Below, piece after piece: positions 18,439 through 27,082 of a stretch of 64,000 nucleotides of DNA. The notes under the pieces were generated by a model. The model was not told where the DNA came from and did no database searches. It worked only from the letters and a program-made list of their open reading frames with translations. Positions within the stretch are counted from its first letter, which is position 1; each line of letters begins with the position of its first letter. Both the position numbers and the translations under genes were made by a program. The DNA lies in assembly GCA_965242865.1 (NCBI GenBank), contig CBDETK010000013.1, positions 2,816,001 to 2,880,000 on the forward strand, given 5' to 3'. The stretch comes from Candidatus Latescibacterota bacterium (GTDB lineage Bacteria > Latescibacterota > UBA2968 > UBA8231).

Positions 18439-18760
18439 GCAAGTGCTGCCCCGCCTCCACCCATCGGCACCCCTATCCGCGCTCTTGGGGATCGGTTGCC
18501 GCTCGGGAGCCACGGTCGTCGGCCTGTCGGCCGTGCGCCGTGCCAAGAGGCTGGCCTTTGTATTTGCCAGCAGCAATCTAGCTCCCCGCACGTTGCGCGA
18601 GTTGGCGCGCTTGGAGCGCGGTGGTACGCGCGTCTTTCAAGTACAGGCCATGGAAGCACTCACTCAGAGCTTTGGCCGCGAGGACGCCCAAGTGGTCGGC
18701 GTTTTGCGCGGCGACTTAGCCCGTGGATTGGCCAAGCACCTAAAGGAACACACACCATGA
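18431..18760 (+). CDS. L7Ae/L30e family RNA-binding protein (YlxQ-like)
   Basis: LLG...RSG..VVG...V, then L...FGR....VVGV...LA pattern; overlaps both neighbours. Confidence 0.6.
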   Translation: MSEQVLPRLHPSAPLSALLGIGCRSGATVVGLSAVRRAKRLAFVFASSNLAPRTLRELARLERGGTRVFQVQAMEALTQSFGREDAQVVGVLRGDLARGLAKHLKEHTP

Positions 18761-20040
18761 CCATATCAGTCGTATGCGGGACCAATTGGGGCGACGAGGG
18801 AAAGGGCCGGATGATCGACTATCTGGCTCGGGACGCGGATGTCGTCGTCCGCTTTCAAGGAGGGGCCAACGCCGGCCACACCGTAGTAAACGAATGCGGC
18901 ACCTTTAAGCTGCACTTGGTGCCCTCGGGGATATTCAACCCAGCGGTCGTCAACGTGTTGGGGCCGGGCGTAGTCGTCGATCTCCAAGTCTTAGCAGAAG
19001 AGCTTAACGACCTGTCCGCAGCCGGGTTTTCAATCGACTCGGTGCGGGTGTCTGATCGGGCGACGATTTGCTTCCCGTTTCACCGGCTGGAAGACGAATG
19101 GGAAGAAGAGCGGTTGGGCGAGCACGCCTTTGGCTCGACGCGGCGCGGCATTGCCCCGGCGTATGGCGATCGCTTCCTCAAGAAGGGCATCCAAGTCGGC
19201 GAATTGCTGCATCCAGACCGCCTCAAGGAGCGGCTCCGGCCGCTCGTGGAGTGGAAGAACTTGGTCGCCGCCGGCGTCCACGGCCGAGGAGACGCCATCC
19301 AATACAGCGAGGTGCTCGATCACGTCTTTTCTTATGGCGAGCAGATCAAGGACCTGATCTGCGACACCACGGTCCTGCTCGAAGAAGCGGCCCAACGCGG
19401 GCAGAACATTTTGTTTGAGGCCCAAATGGGCGCGTTGCGCGACGTCGTGTACGGCATCTATCCCTACACTTCGTCGTCGTGTTGTTTGGCGTCTTTTGCC
19501 CCCATCGGCGGCGGCCTCGTCGGGCACTTCCCGGATCGAGTTATCGGCGTGATGAAGGCTTTTTCTACGTGCGTTGGGGCCGGTAGCTTTGCCACTGAAA
19601 TGGCCGGCGAACAAGCGGGCCTGCTCCGCGAAATGGCGTACGAATACGGCGCGACCACCGGGCGGCCCCGCCGAATTGGCCACTTCGACGCCTTGGCCTC
19701 GCGCTATGGTGCCCAAATACAAGGATCCACGGAAATCGCCCTGACCAAGCTCGACAGCTTGTCCGGCCTCGATCCTTTGCTCTTGTGTACGCACTACGAG
19801 TGCAATGGACGGCGCGTGGAGCGGTTTCCCTTGAACCCGGTTTTGGACAAAGCGCGGCCCATATACAAGGAAATGCAGGGTTGGCGAGAAGACATCCGCT
19901 CGTGTCGGCGCTTTGGCGATTTGCCCGCAGCAGCCCGCGCGTACGTGCTGGAAATCGAGCGGCTCATCGGGTGCCGCATTCGCTACGTCTCCGTGGGGCC
20001 AGAGCGACCCAGCCTCATCGACCGCGCCGCTTCCGACTAA
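18757..20040 (+). CDS. purA: Adenylosuccinate synthetase
   Basis: WGDEGKG, RFQGGANAGHT, GSTRRGIAPAY, EYGATTGRPRR, TKLD, SVGP. Confidence 0.97.
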   Translation: MTISVVCGTNWGDEGKGRMIDYLARDADVVVRFQGGANAGHTVVNECGTFKLHLVPSGIFNPAVVNVLGPGVVVDLQVLAEELNDLSAAGFSIDSVRVSDRATICFPFHRLEDEWEEERLGEHAFGSTRRGIAPAYGDRFLKKGIQVGELLHPDRLKERLRPLVEWKNLVAAGVHGRGDAIQYSEVLDHVFSYGEQIKDLICDTTVLLEEAAQRGQNILFEAQMGALRDVVYGIYPYTSSSCCLASFAPIGGGLVGHFPDRVIGVMKAFSTCVGAGSFATEMAGEQAGLLREMAYEYGATTGRPRRIGHFDALASRYGAQIQGSTEIALTKLDSLSGLDPLLLCTHYECNGRRVERFPLNPVLDKARPIYKEMQGWREDIRSCRRFGDLPAAARAYVLEIERLIGCRIRYVSVGPERPSLIDRAASD

Positions 20041-20043
20041 GCC

Positions 20044-20517
20044 ATGCCTTGGGAAATTGAGCGCAAGTACCTCGTGGCCGACCGCTCGTGCCTCGACTCG
20101 CTCGCGGGCGTCGCCTTTCGGCAGGGCTACATTCCCACTCAAGACGGTCGTGTGGTGCGCGTACGAATTGAGGGCCAGCGAGCGGTGCTCACGCTCAAGG
20201 GCTTGACGAGCGGCATTGCGCGGCGCGAGTACGAATACGAAATCCCGCGCCCAGACGCCGAGATCATCCTAGCAGAGTTGTGCCAGCGGCCTTACATCGA
20301 AAAGACCCGCTACACCTTGCCTTGGGCGGGCAAGGCTTGGACCATCGACGTATTTTCTGGCGAAAACGAGGGGTTGGTGCTCGCCGAAATCGAGTTGAGC
20401 CGCCGGGACGAAGGCGTGGAGAAGCCGCCTTGGGCTGGCGTCGAAGTGTCAGGCGATCCCCGCTATCACAACTCCAACCTCGTGCATAACCCCTATTGCA
20501 ACTGGCGGGCCGATTAG
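20044..20517 (+). CDS. CYTH domain triphosphatase/adenylate cyclase-like protein
   Basis: EIERKYL (ExExK), RQGY, VRVR, REYEY, IEKTR, AEIEL. Confidence 0.92.
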   Translation: MPWEIERKYLVADRSCLDSLAGVAFRQGYIPTQDGRVVRVRIEGQRAVLTLKGLTSGIARREYEYEIPRPDAEIILAELCQRPYIEKTRYTLPWAGKAWTIDVFSGENEGLVLAEIELSRRDEGVEKPPWAGVEVSGDPRYHNSNLVHNPYCNWRAD

Positions 20518-20822
20518 ACGCTTCCATCGCCATCCTAAATGACTTGAAAGCATGGAATGTTGATCGGCACTCTTTTTTGCATTTTTATAGATCCAATGTT
20601 GTCGGCTTCTATAGCTTCAATGCCGAACGACAGAGGTTACGCTCCCAAGTGCAATTGGTAGTACAGGATGCACTCAAAGGCGAAGCAGTGCTGGATAAGA
20701 CGCTCATCATTCATCAGAACTTCATGAGGAACTTCGAGCCGGACGACGAGTCCATTCTCGATGCGTTTTACCAAGAAGCAGCGCGCACTGTGGCGCGAGA
20801 AGTGTCGCCGCTGTTCGATTAA
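20515..20822 (+). pseudogene. Start-less 3' fragment of an unknown gene at the island's left edge
   Basis: ~100 open codons of AT-richer sequence beginning right at the CYTH stop, no credible start or RBS. Confidence 0.35.
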
Positions 20823-21007
20823 GCGGGGTAGGCGAGTACATCCACGAGACTACTACATACTGGTGATCCTCAAGTATGGGGGACCGCGGCTATACCGGAG
20901 CCTGCGTTCGTTCTTTCTGGGGCTGATTCAGTCCATTCGTCCAGCAGGACGATGATGCCCCAGTAGTCGGTTTTGAAAAATTGACGTAACACCAAATACG
21001 CCGGTAT

Positions 21008-21036
21008 TTGACAAAGTTCGTTCGATAATCTAAACT
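21008..21036 (+). promoter_or_regulatory. sigma70-type promoter TTGACA-N17-TAAACT for the defence island operon
   Basis: Consensus -35, 17-bp spacer, near-consensus -10, 30 nt upstream of ATG 21066 with GGAG RBS. Confidence 0.7.
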
Positions 21037-21065
21037 TTACCGCCGTCATTGATCGGAGATACTCC

Positions 21066-22289
21066 ATGATCATTACTCCTGAAGAGATCGGGCAACGGCT
21101 GCGTTGGGCACGCGAAAGCCGGCCGATCACCCAAGAGGCCGCCGGTGCCGCGCTCGGCCTCCAGCGGTCCGCCATCAGCCTCATGGAATCCGGCCAGCGG
21201 CAGGTCTCCACGCTCGAGTTGACTCATCTCGCGGACCTGTACGGCCGGCCGATCGAATGGTTTGTTGACCCGAATAGCCAGATCGACCAAGAAGACCCGG
21301 TCGTCGCGCTTTTTCGCGCCGATCCAGGCCTGCAAAGCGAGGTCGTCCAAGCGCACACCTCGCGTTGTCTGCGCCTGCTCCGCGAAGGGGCGTCGCTGCG
21401 ACGCTTAACGGGCGGCCGGGCTGCGGTCTCCCTACCGCGCTACGAACTGCCGCCCCCGAGATCAATAGGGCAGGCGATTGCCCAAGGCCAGCTTGTGGCC
21501 GAGCAAGAGCGGCGGCGTCTCGACTTAGGCCAAGCCCCTGTCAAAGTGCCTGAAACCTTGGCCCACCAAAATATCTGGACAGCCTCCTTGCCATTACCCG
21601 ATGAAATCTCGGGTCTTTTTCTGAGCAGCCCCGACTTCGGCATGGCAATTTTAGCCAATCGCACCCAAGCCCCGGTGCGGCGGCGGTTTTCGTTTGCCCA
21701 CGAACACGGCCACGCGCTTATGGACCGCGATGAGGCGGCCACTGTTACGAGTGCTCACAACGCCAAAACGCGAACCGAACAGCGGGCCAATGCCTTTGCC
21801 GCGGCCTTCCTCATGCCCGAAGAGGGCGTCCGAGATTTTCTGCACAACTTGGGCAAAGGGCGGGGGACGCGCCGCGAGGAAGCAGCGATGGATGCCGTCA
21901 CCGAAGAAGGAATCCAAGGTCAGTTGCGTAGCCCGGCGCGTTCACAAAATGTAACCTATGCCGATGTGGTGCTTTTGGCTGAGCACTTTGAGGTAAGCTA
22001 TGCGGCGGCGGTTTGGCGGCTGCGCGGCTTGAATCTCGTCGGTCAAGCTCAGGCCCAAGCACTGCTCGACCAGTCTGAAGACGCCAAGCGATACCTTCGC
22101 ACTGTAAAGGCATCTTCGGATGTAGAGGATTCCGAAGACGAAGCATCTTGGGACCACGAATTGGCTTGGCAGATTTTGTCGCTGGCTCTGGAAGCGTGGT
22201 GGCGCGGGGAGATTTCGCAGGGACGGCTGTTGGAAGTGGGGCGATTGTTGGATATTGACGACGAAATGATCCTCGATTTGGCGGAATGA
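21066..22289 (+). CDS. XRE-HTH fused to IrrE/ImmA-family zinc metallopeptidase
   Basis: N-terminal XRE HTH (AISLMESGQR), RRRFSFAHEHGH (HExxH), EQRANAFAAAFLMP. Confidence 0.92.
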   Translation: MIITPEEIGQRLRWARESRPITQEAAGAALGLQRSAISLMESGQRQVSTLELTHLADLYGRPIEWFVDPNSQIDQEDPVVALFRADPGLQSEVVQAHTSRCLRLLREGASLRRLTGGRAAVSLPRYELPPPRSIGQAIAQGQLVAEQERRRLDLGQAPVKVPETLAHQNIWTASLPLPDEISGLFLSSPDFGMAILANRTQAPVRRRFSFAHEHGHALMDRDEAATVTSAHNAKTRTEQRANAFAAAFLMPEEGVRDFLHNLGKGRGTRREEAAMDAVTEEGIQGQLRSPARSQNVTYADVVLLAEHFEVSYAAAVWRLRGLNLVGQAQAQALLDQSEDAKRYLRTVKASSDVEDSEDEASWDHELAWQILSLALEAWWRGEISQGRLLEVGRLLDIDDEMILDLAE

Positions 22290-22363
22290 GGCTCTTTGAA
22301 TGCAACGGCAAGGCCAATGCCGATTGTCCTCGACACTTCGATCTTGCTGAATTTTGTGAAGAT
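22125..22363 (+). repeat. ~240-bp diverged direct repeat (partner 26816-27055) covering the XRE-IrrE 3' end and PIN 5' end
   Basis: Manual alignment: about 19 differences including one 1-bp indel (~92% identity). Confidence 0.95.
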
Positions 22364-22835
22364 CGGTCGGATTGAGTTGCTCGGTCAGCTTGGCACATCG
22401 GTCGTACTGCTTGACCAAGTGTTTGGTGAAGTCAGGCGTTCGGAACAAAGGGCGGCGGTTAAAAGTGCTGTGGCTTCGGGCACACTTGAGTTACAAAGCG
22501 TCCGCGATCTAGTAGAGGTTGTCCTGTTTACAGAACTTCGGGCAGGTGGGCGGCTTGGAGCCGGCGAGTGCGCTGTTCTGGCTGTTGCGCTTACTCGAAA
22601 TTGGATCGCTGGGCTTCAGGACCGCAAGGCGTACGCTGAGGGCAAGTGCCGACGCGAAGACTTGGTGATCTGTAAGACAGAGGACTTGGTGTTGACGCTG
22701 ATTAAGACTGGCTGCTTAACCATAGAAGAAGCCGACGAGCTTCTTGTCGAGTGGGCGGCGAAGCACCGATTCAGGTCAAGGCTTACCAGTTTTCGCGATC
22801 TGATGCGTGATTTTGAAGGCGATTATCGTGAATGA
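22296..22835 (+). CDS. PIN-domain protein (DUF3368-like)
   Basis: IVLDTSILLNF, V..E, LGAGE..VLA.A, QDRKA PIN-type acidic motifs. Confidence 0.8.
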   Translation: MNATARPMPIVLDTSILLNFVKIGRIELLGQLGTSVVLLDQVFGEVRRSEQRAAVKSAVASGTLELQSVRDLVEVVLFTELRAGGRLGAGECAVLAVALTRNWIAGLQDRKAYAEGKCRREDLVICKTEDLVLTLIKTGCLTIEEADELLVEWAAKHRFRSRLTSFRDLMRDFEGDYRE

Positions 22836-23811
22836 GCCATTTTACATCCTAGCTATTGATGGAGGTGGATTTCGAGGACTCTTTGCGGCCCATCTGTTAA
22901 AGAGAATGGAAGAGGTGTGGCAACTTGATTGGAGAAATCGCTTTCATTTATTGGCTGGCACCAGTACAGGAGCGATTCTGGCCGCTGGGCTGGCTTGTGG
23001 AAAGACTGCCGTGCAATTAGCCGACTTCTACGAGAGGCACGGCAAGGCGATCTTCGCCCCTCGACTACGGGTTAGGTCCGATTTTTTACAACTTTTCACG
23101 AGCCGATACTTGAACCGAAAGCTCAAGACACGCCTTGAGGAAATGTTGGGCGAGGTAACTTTGGGTCAGGTTAAAACCCCACTTATCCTACCTTCCGTTG
23201 ACATTGGCAACGGTTGTGTGCATGTTCTCAAATCGAAGTACAACGATAACTTTGTTCGGGATACTAATGTGCGTGTGTCAGATGCGGTCTTAGCATCCTG
23301 CTCTGCTCCGACCTACTTCGATCCTGTCGTAGTTGATAATAAGTACCAACTCGCTGACGGTGGACTTTGGGCCAATAACCCATCTCTTGTGGCGGCCACT
23401 GATGCTCATTATCGGCTCAAAATTCCGCTTAAAAGAGTGCGAGTCCTCTCCATTGGCACTGGTAAGAGCCAAGTATTCTACCCTCGGAGCCACGGTAAAT
23501 GGAAAGACCGTTTACTCTATAGATGGCAAGGATGGGGCCTGCTGACTCGCTGGCAGCGTAGCGAGTTCATCAACTTTATATTCAACCTTCAATCCGAGAG
23601 TGCCCACAACATGCTTTGCTTACTTATGGGCGAGAGCCCGCTCGCCTCAGATAAAGTTTTTCGGTTGACCTTTGAATCGGACCAACCGTTGCCCTTGGAC
23701 GATGTGCGGAAGCGAGACGATTGGATCGCAAAGGCGGACCATATCTTTGCCCACCAATCACCAAGAATTGCCGAATTTCTCTCTATCAAAAGGAGTAGCC
23801 ATGGTGAATAA
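22828..23811 (+). CDS. Patatin-like phospholipase, CBASS effector (CapV-like)
   Basis: IDGGGFRG, GTSTG nucleophile, SAPTYF, DGGLWANNP; immediately upstream of a CD-NTase. Confidence 0.9.
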   Translation: MNEPFYILAIDGGGFRGLFAAHLLKRMEEVWQLDWRNRFHLLAGTSTGAILAAGLACGKTAVQLADFYERHGKAIFAPRLRVRSDFLQLFTSRYLNRKLKTRLEEMLGEVTLGQVKTPLILPSVDIGNGCVHVLKSKYNDNFVRDTNVRVSDAVLASCSAPTYFDPVVVDNKYQLADGGLWANNPSLVAATDAHYRLKIPLKRVRVLSIGTGKSQVFYPRSHGKWKDRLLYRWQGWGLLTRWQRSEFINFIFNLQSESAHNMLCLLMGESPLASDKVFRLTFESDQPLPLDDVRKRDDWIAKADHIFAHQSPRIAEFLSIKRSSHGE

Positions 23812-23884
23812 AATACCAATTTCTTACTACCATCCATTCGTTGCAAATTCCGTCCCAACATTCACCACAAAGAACACCCACTAG
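23801..23884 (+). pseudogene. 27-codon ORF MVNKIPISYYH..., possible 5' remnant of a TIR-like gene
   Basis: AGGAG RBS; N-terminus resembles the K-V-F-I-S-Y-x-H start of TIR/DUF1863 proteins. Confidence 0.35.
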
Positions 23885-23897
23885 GAGGATCTACGAC

Positions 23898-24872
23898 ATG
23901 AAGCACACTCAGTTCTTCAATGATTTTCTCGGCGATGAGGTAAATCTCAATCCCTCGCGGCTCGACAGATTAAATGATAGTGTGAAGGCTATCAGCGAAT
24001 TTTTGTCCAGAAACTTGGACTCTTATATAACGGTAGAGCGCCAAGGGTCGTATGCCTTGCGTACTATCATTAAACCCGTCAGAGAAAACCAAGGATATGA
24101 TGCCGACATATTGCTGTATATGAAGTATATGAGCGGATATCCTAGGGACTATATCAACGCGCTCTACCAATGCCTCAGAAAAAACAGGGTGTATGCGGAG
24201 AAAGCGCGTCGGAAAACCAGATGCGTGGTCTTGGACTATGCGGGTGACTTCCACTTGGACATTGTTCCGTGCGTACCTTGGGGAAACGGAAACCAGAGGA
24301 TCTGTAATAACGAAACCAACGAATTCGAGCCAACCGATGGGACAGGATACAGAGACTGGTTCAACTACAAGACCAAGATCACGCATGGAAATCTCAAAAG
24401 GGTCACGAGACTCTTAAAATATCTCAGAGACCACAAGGGGAATTTCACTGCGAAATCAATTCTCCTGACCACGCTCATAGGTAATACCGTGCGTGATGAG
24501 AGTGATAGTGACCTCTTCAGAACCTTGCCTGATGCTCTGAAGATAGTATCGAATCGCATAAATGATTTCTTGCAAATCAACCGAGTGATGCCGAAGGTCA
24601 CCAATCCCGCCTTACCTGAAGAAGATTTCACGCGGCACTGGGATCAAGAGAAGTACGATCACTTCAGGTATCTATTCAAAATCTACAATGACAAGATCAA
24701 CGCAGCTTTCGATGCCGCAGAACATGATGACAGCATCGAAAAGTGGCGCGGCGTATTTGGAGATAACTTTGGGAAAAAGCGAGGCGATGGTGGCGGTGGG
24801 AATATCAGTGGCCGTCGAGGAGCAGGGGTAGGCACTGTCGCGGTAACGCCTAGGAAGCCGTATGCGCGATGA
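23898..24872 (+). CDS. SMODS / cGAS-DncV-like nucleotidyltransferase (CD-NTase)
   Basis: AGGAGG RBS; QGSY..RT.IKP...YDAD, HLDIVP, LKYLRD, NP.LP.ED; flexible Gly-rich C-tail ending PRKPYAR. Confidence 0.9.
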   Translation: MKHTQFFNDFLGDEVNLNPSRLDRLNDSVKAISEFLSRNLDSYITVERQGSYALRTIIKPVRENQGYDADILLYMKYMSGYPRDYINALYQCLRKNRVYAEKARRKTRCVVLDYAGDFHLDIVPCVPWGNGNQRICNNETNEFEPTDGTGYRDWFNYKTKITHGNLKRVTRLLKYLRDHKGNFTAKSILLTTLIGNTVRDESDSDLFRTLPDALKIVSNRINDFLQINRVMPKVTNPALPEEDFTRHWDQEKYDHFRYLFKIYNDKINAAFDAAEHDDSIEKWRGVFGDNFGKKRGDGGGGNISGRRGAGVGTVAVTPRKPYAR

Positions 24873-25525
24873 AGCTAACTGACAGCGACATTGAGTGGTT
24901 GAGGGCTTCTTTCCCTAGTTTGGTGTACTATCAAAATGCTCAGAGGATCGTTGGAGAATTGGACTTCTGCGCTTGTTTTGACAGTACAACCGACAAGATA
25001 CGAATCTAAGGACTTGAGCGCGACGATACTATCAGAAACTCAGATAGTGTTATTTGTGACGTGTTTGAGATCGAGATTCGTCTAGATGCTGATTCCATAC
25101 ATCCCAATGGCTGGCCTAAAGTATTTGAGGTCGGAGGAAGAGCTAATGCGATTGTAAAAAAATGCTGTATAAAGAAGATAGATTTGCACTTTTATTCCGA
25201 TGACGATTCATGCTGTTTAGGTATTAGGTATGCGCGTGAAAAAAATCTGACAATTGCCCGTTTTCTTTACGATCTGGTCATTCCCTTCTTGTATCGACTA
25301 TCATATATCGACCAGTTTGGGATCGAAGCGGCTCGAAATGATCTGTGGGGTGAGTATTCACATGGAGGTTTGGGGTTAATAGAACACGCAAGGAATACAT
25401 CCCATCTCGCTTCGCATAACGTTGGGAGAAATGGACCTTGCCCCTGTGGTAGCGGTGCAAAGTACAAGAATTGTTGTTTAGACGAAGTTCAAGCGGTGGA
25501 GAGAATAGCGAGATCGAGACGTTAG
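24869..25525 (+). pseudogene. E2-like protein with C-terminal SEC-C motif (CBASS ancillary), in-frame TAA at 25007-25009
   Basis: ATGA overlap with CD-NTase; same frame as ORF 25061; PKVFE, DLHF.....CCLG, WGEYSHG, GRNGPCPCGSGAKYKNCC. Confidence 0.75.
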
Positions 25526-25570
25526 AAAACACTATCTTTGGTTCGCTTGATGGAACTTGGAAGGTGACCT

Positions 25571-26704
25571 ATGAAAGGCAACGAATTCCTGCGACCACGC
25601 CTGTGCGGTACTCGCTTTGAAGGAGGCGGCATTCCGTTAGAAATTCTCAGTGACTTGGCCGTTCTCAAAGAGATGCTAATAGAAGTCGCCAAATGGAAAT
25701 TCCTTCAAGCACACCCTGATCGCCAACGTTCTCCCCGGGGCTTCACGGAGGGTATTGAACTGAAACTCTCCGGTGTAGAAGCGGGGAGTGCTGTTCCGAT
25801 AATCAGTCTGTCCGATACCTCTTCCCAGCTTTCGATGATGCCCAGACAGAACCTGGGTTACTTTGAGCAGGCACGTGAGGCCCTTGTTAGCACTATTGGC
25901 GCAGCCGAACATAACGGATCGGCGACAAGTCACTTACCTGAGGAGTACTTGGCGTACTTCAACCGAATTGGGCGGAGTTTGCGCGACAACGAGAGCATCG
26001 AGTTTGTCACTCCTCAACACTCAACGCAGGTGCGACTGACCAGAAAGACGCGGCACAGACTGATTCTCGCGTCTTCAAAAATAAAGGAAATCGCCGAGGA
26101 AGTGGTTCTGCGCGGCTCAATTCCCGAAGCCGATCAAGATCGAAGGACGTTCGAGTTGCAGTTGATACATGGACATAAAGTCCCCTGCCCCATCCCCGAC
26201 CCGCATATTGATACGATTCTCAAGGCATTTAATGGCTACCGGGAGAACCTGCGAGTGCTCCTTCAGGGAATAGGCAAATACGATAGACAAAATCGGTTAG
26301 TAGGCGTGGAGGCGGTTGAACATATCAGTTTGCTCGATCCTTTGGACGTTCCGGCCCGTCTCGATGAGTTCCGCGACATGAAGGACGGTTGGCTCGAAGG
26401 GGAAGGAGTGGCTCCGTCCATGGACGGCCTCGACTGGTTGGCCTCGACTTTTGACCGCCACTTTCCAGATGACTTGCCCTTGCCTTATCTCTATCCGACG
26501 CCCGAAGGCGGCGTAGAAGCAGAATGGTCGCTGGGGTCACAGTCCGTTATTTTTGAAATTGACCTTGCGACTCACCGAGACGATTGGCTTTGTTTTGACA
26601 AGCAATCGGATTGCGAGGATACGCGGTTGCTGAATCTGGATACGGCTGATAGTTGGGCGTGGTTGGTGACTGAAATTCGTCGCTTGAAAGAGGCGGGGAA
26701 ATGA
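25571..26704 (+). CDS. Conserved hypothetical defence-island protein
   Basis: 377-aa ORF with RBS; LRPRL.G.RF...IPL, RSPRGF, C-terminal L.DGW..GEG and YPTPEGG..AEW; ATGA-coupled to the next ORF. Confidence 0.7.
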   Translation: MKGNEFLRPRLCGTRFEGGGIPLEILSDLAVLKEMLIEVAKWKFLQAHPDRQRSPRGFTEGIELKLSGVEAGSAVPIISLSDTSSQLSMMPRQNLGYFEQAREALVSTIGAAEHNGSATSHLPEEYLAYFNRIGRSLRDNESIEFVTPQHSTQVRLTRKTRHRLILASSKIKEIAEEVVLRGSIPEADQDRRTFELQLIHGHKVPCPIPDPHIDTILKAFNGYRENLRVLLQGIGKYDRQNRLVGVEAVEHISLLDPLDVPARLDEFRDMKDGWLEGEGVAPSMDGLDWLASTFDRHFPDDLPLPYLYPTPEGGVEAEWSLGSQSVIFEIDLATHRDDWLCFDKQSDCEDTRLLNLDTADSWAWLVTEIRRLKEAGK

Positions 26705-26815
26705 ACGACGACACCTTGCTCTATCGGGTGACCAATCCCGACAAATTGTTCCAAGCGGGCGAAATTTGCTTTTTGTCCGTGTTACCTTTTCGAGAAGATA
26801 GCTCAAGGTTTGGAG
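26701..26815 (+). pseudogene. 5' fragment of partner gene (MNDDTLLYR...), cut off by the duplicated segment
   Basis: Translational coupling to 25571-26704; the reading frame runs into repeat-derived sequence at 26816. Confidence 0.5.
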
Positions 26816-27082
26816 GAGGATTCCGCAGACGAAGCATGTTGGGACCACGAATTGGCTTGGCAGATTCTGTCTTTGGCTCTGGAAGCGTGGTGGCGCGGGG
26901 AGATTTCGCAGGGACGGCTGTTGGAAGTGGGGCGGTTATTGGATATTGACGACGCGACGATTTTCGATTTGGCGGAATGAGGCCCTTTGAATGCCGCAGC
27001 AAGGCCCAACGCCGATTGTCCTCGACACTTCGATCTTGCTGAATTTTGTCAAGATATGCACATAAATAAAAAAGGACGACAA

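Noticed and set aside
22125-27055. 240-bp repeat pair as a DGR template/variable repeat
   Set aside because: Mismatches are not adenine-specific (C/G, T/C, G/T occur) and no reverse transcriptase is in the window
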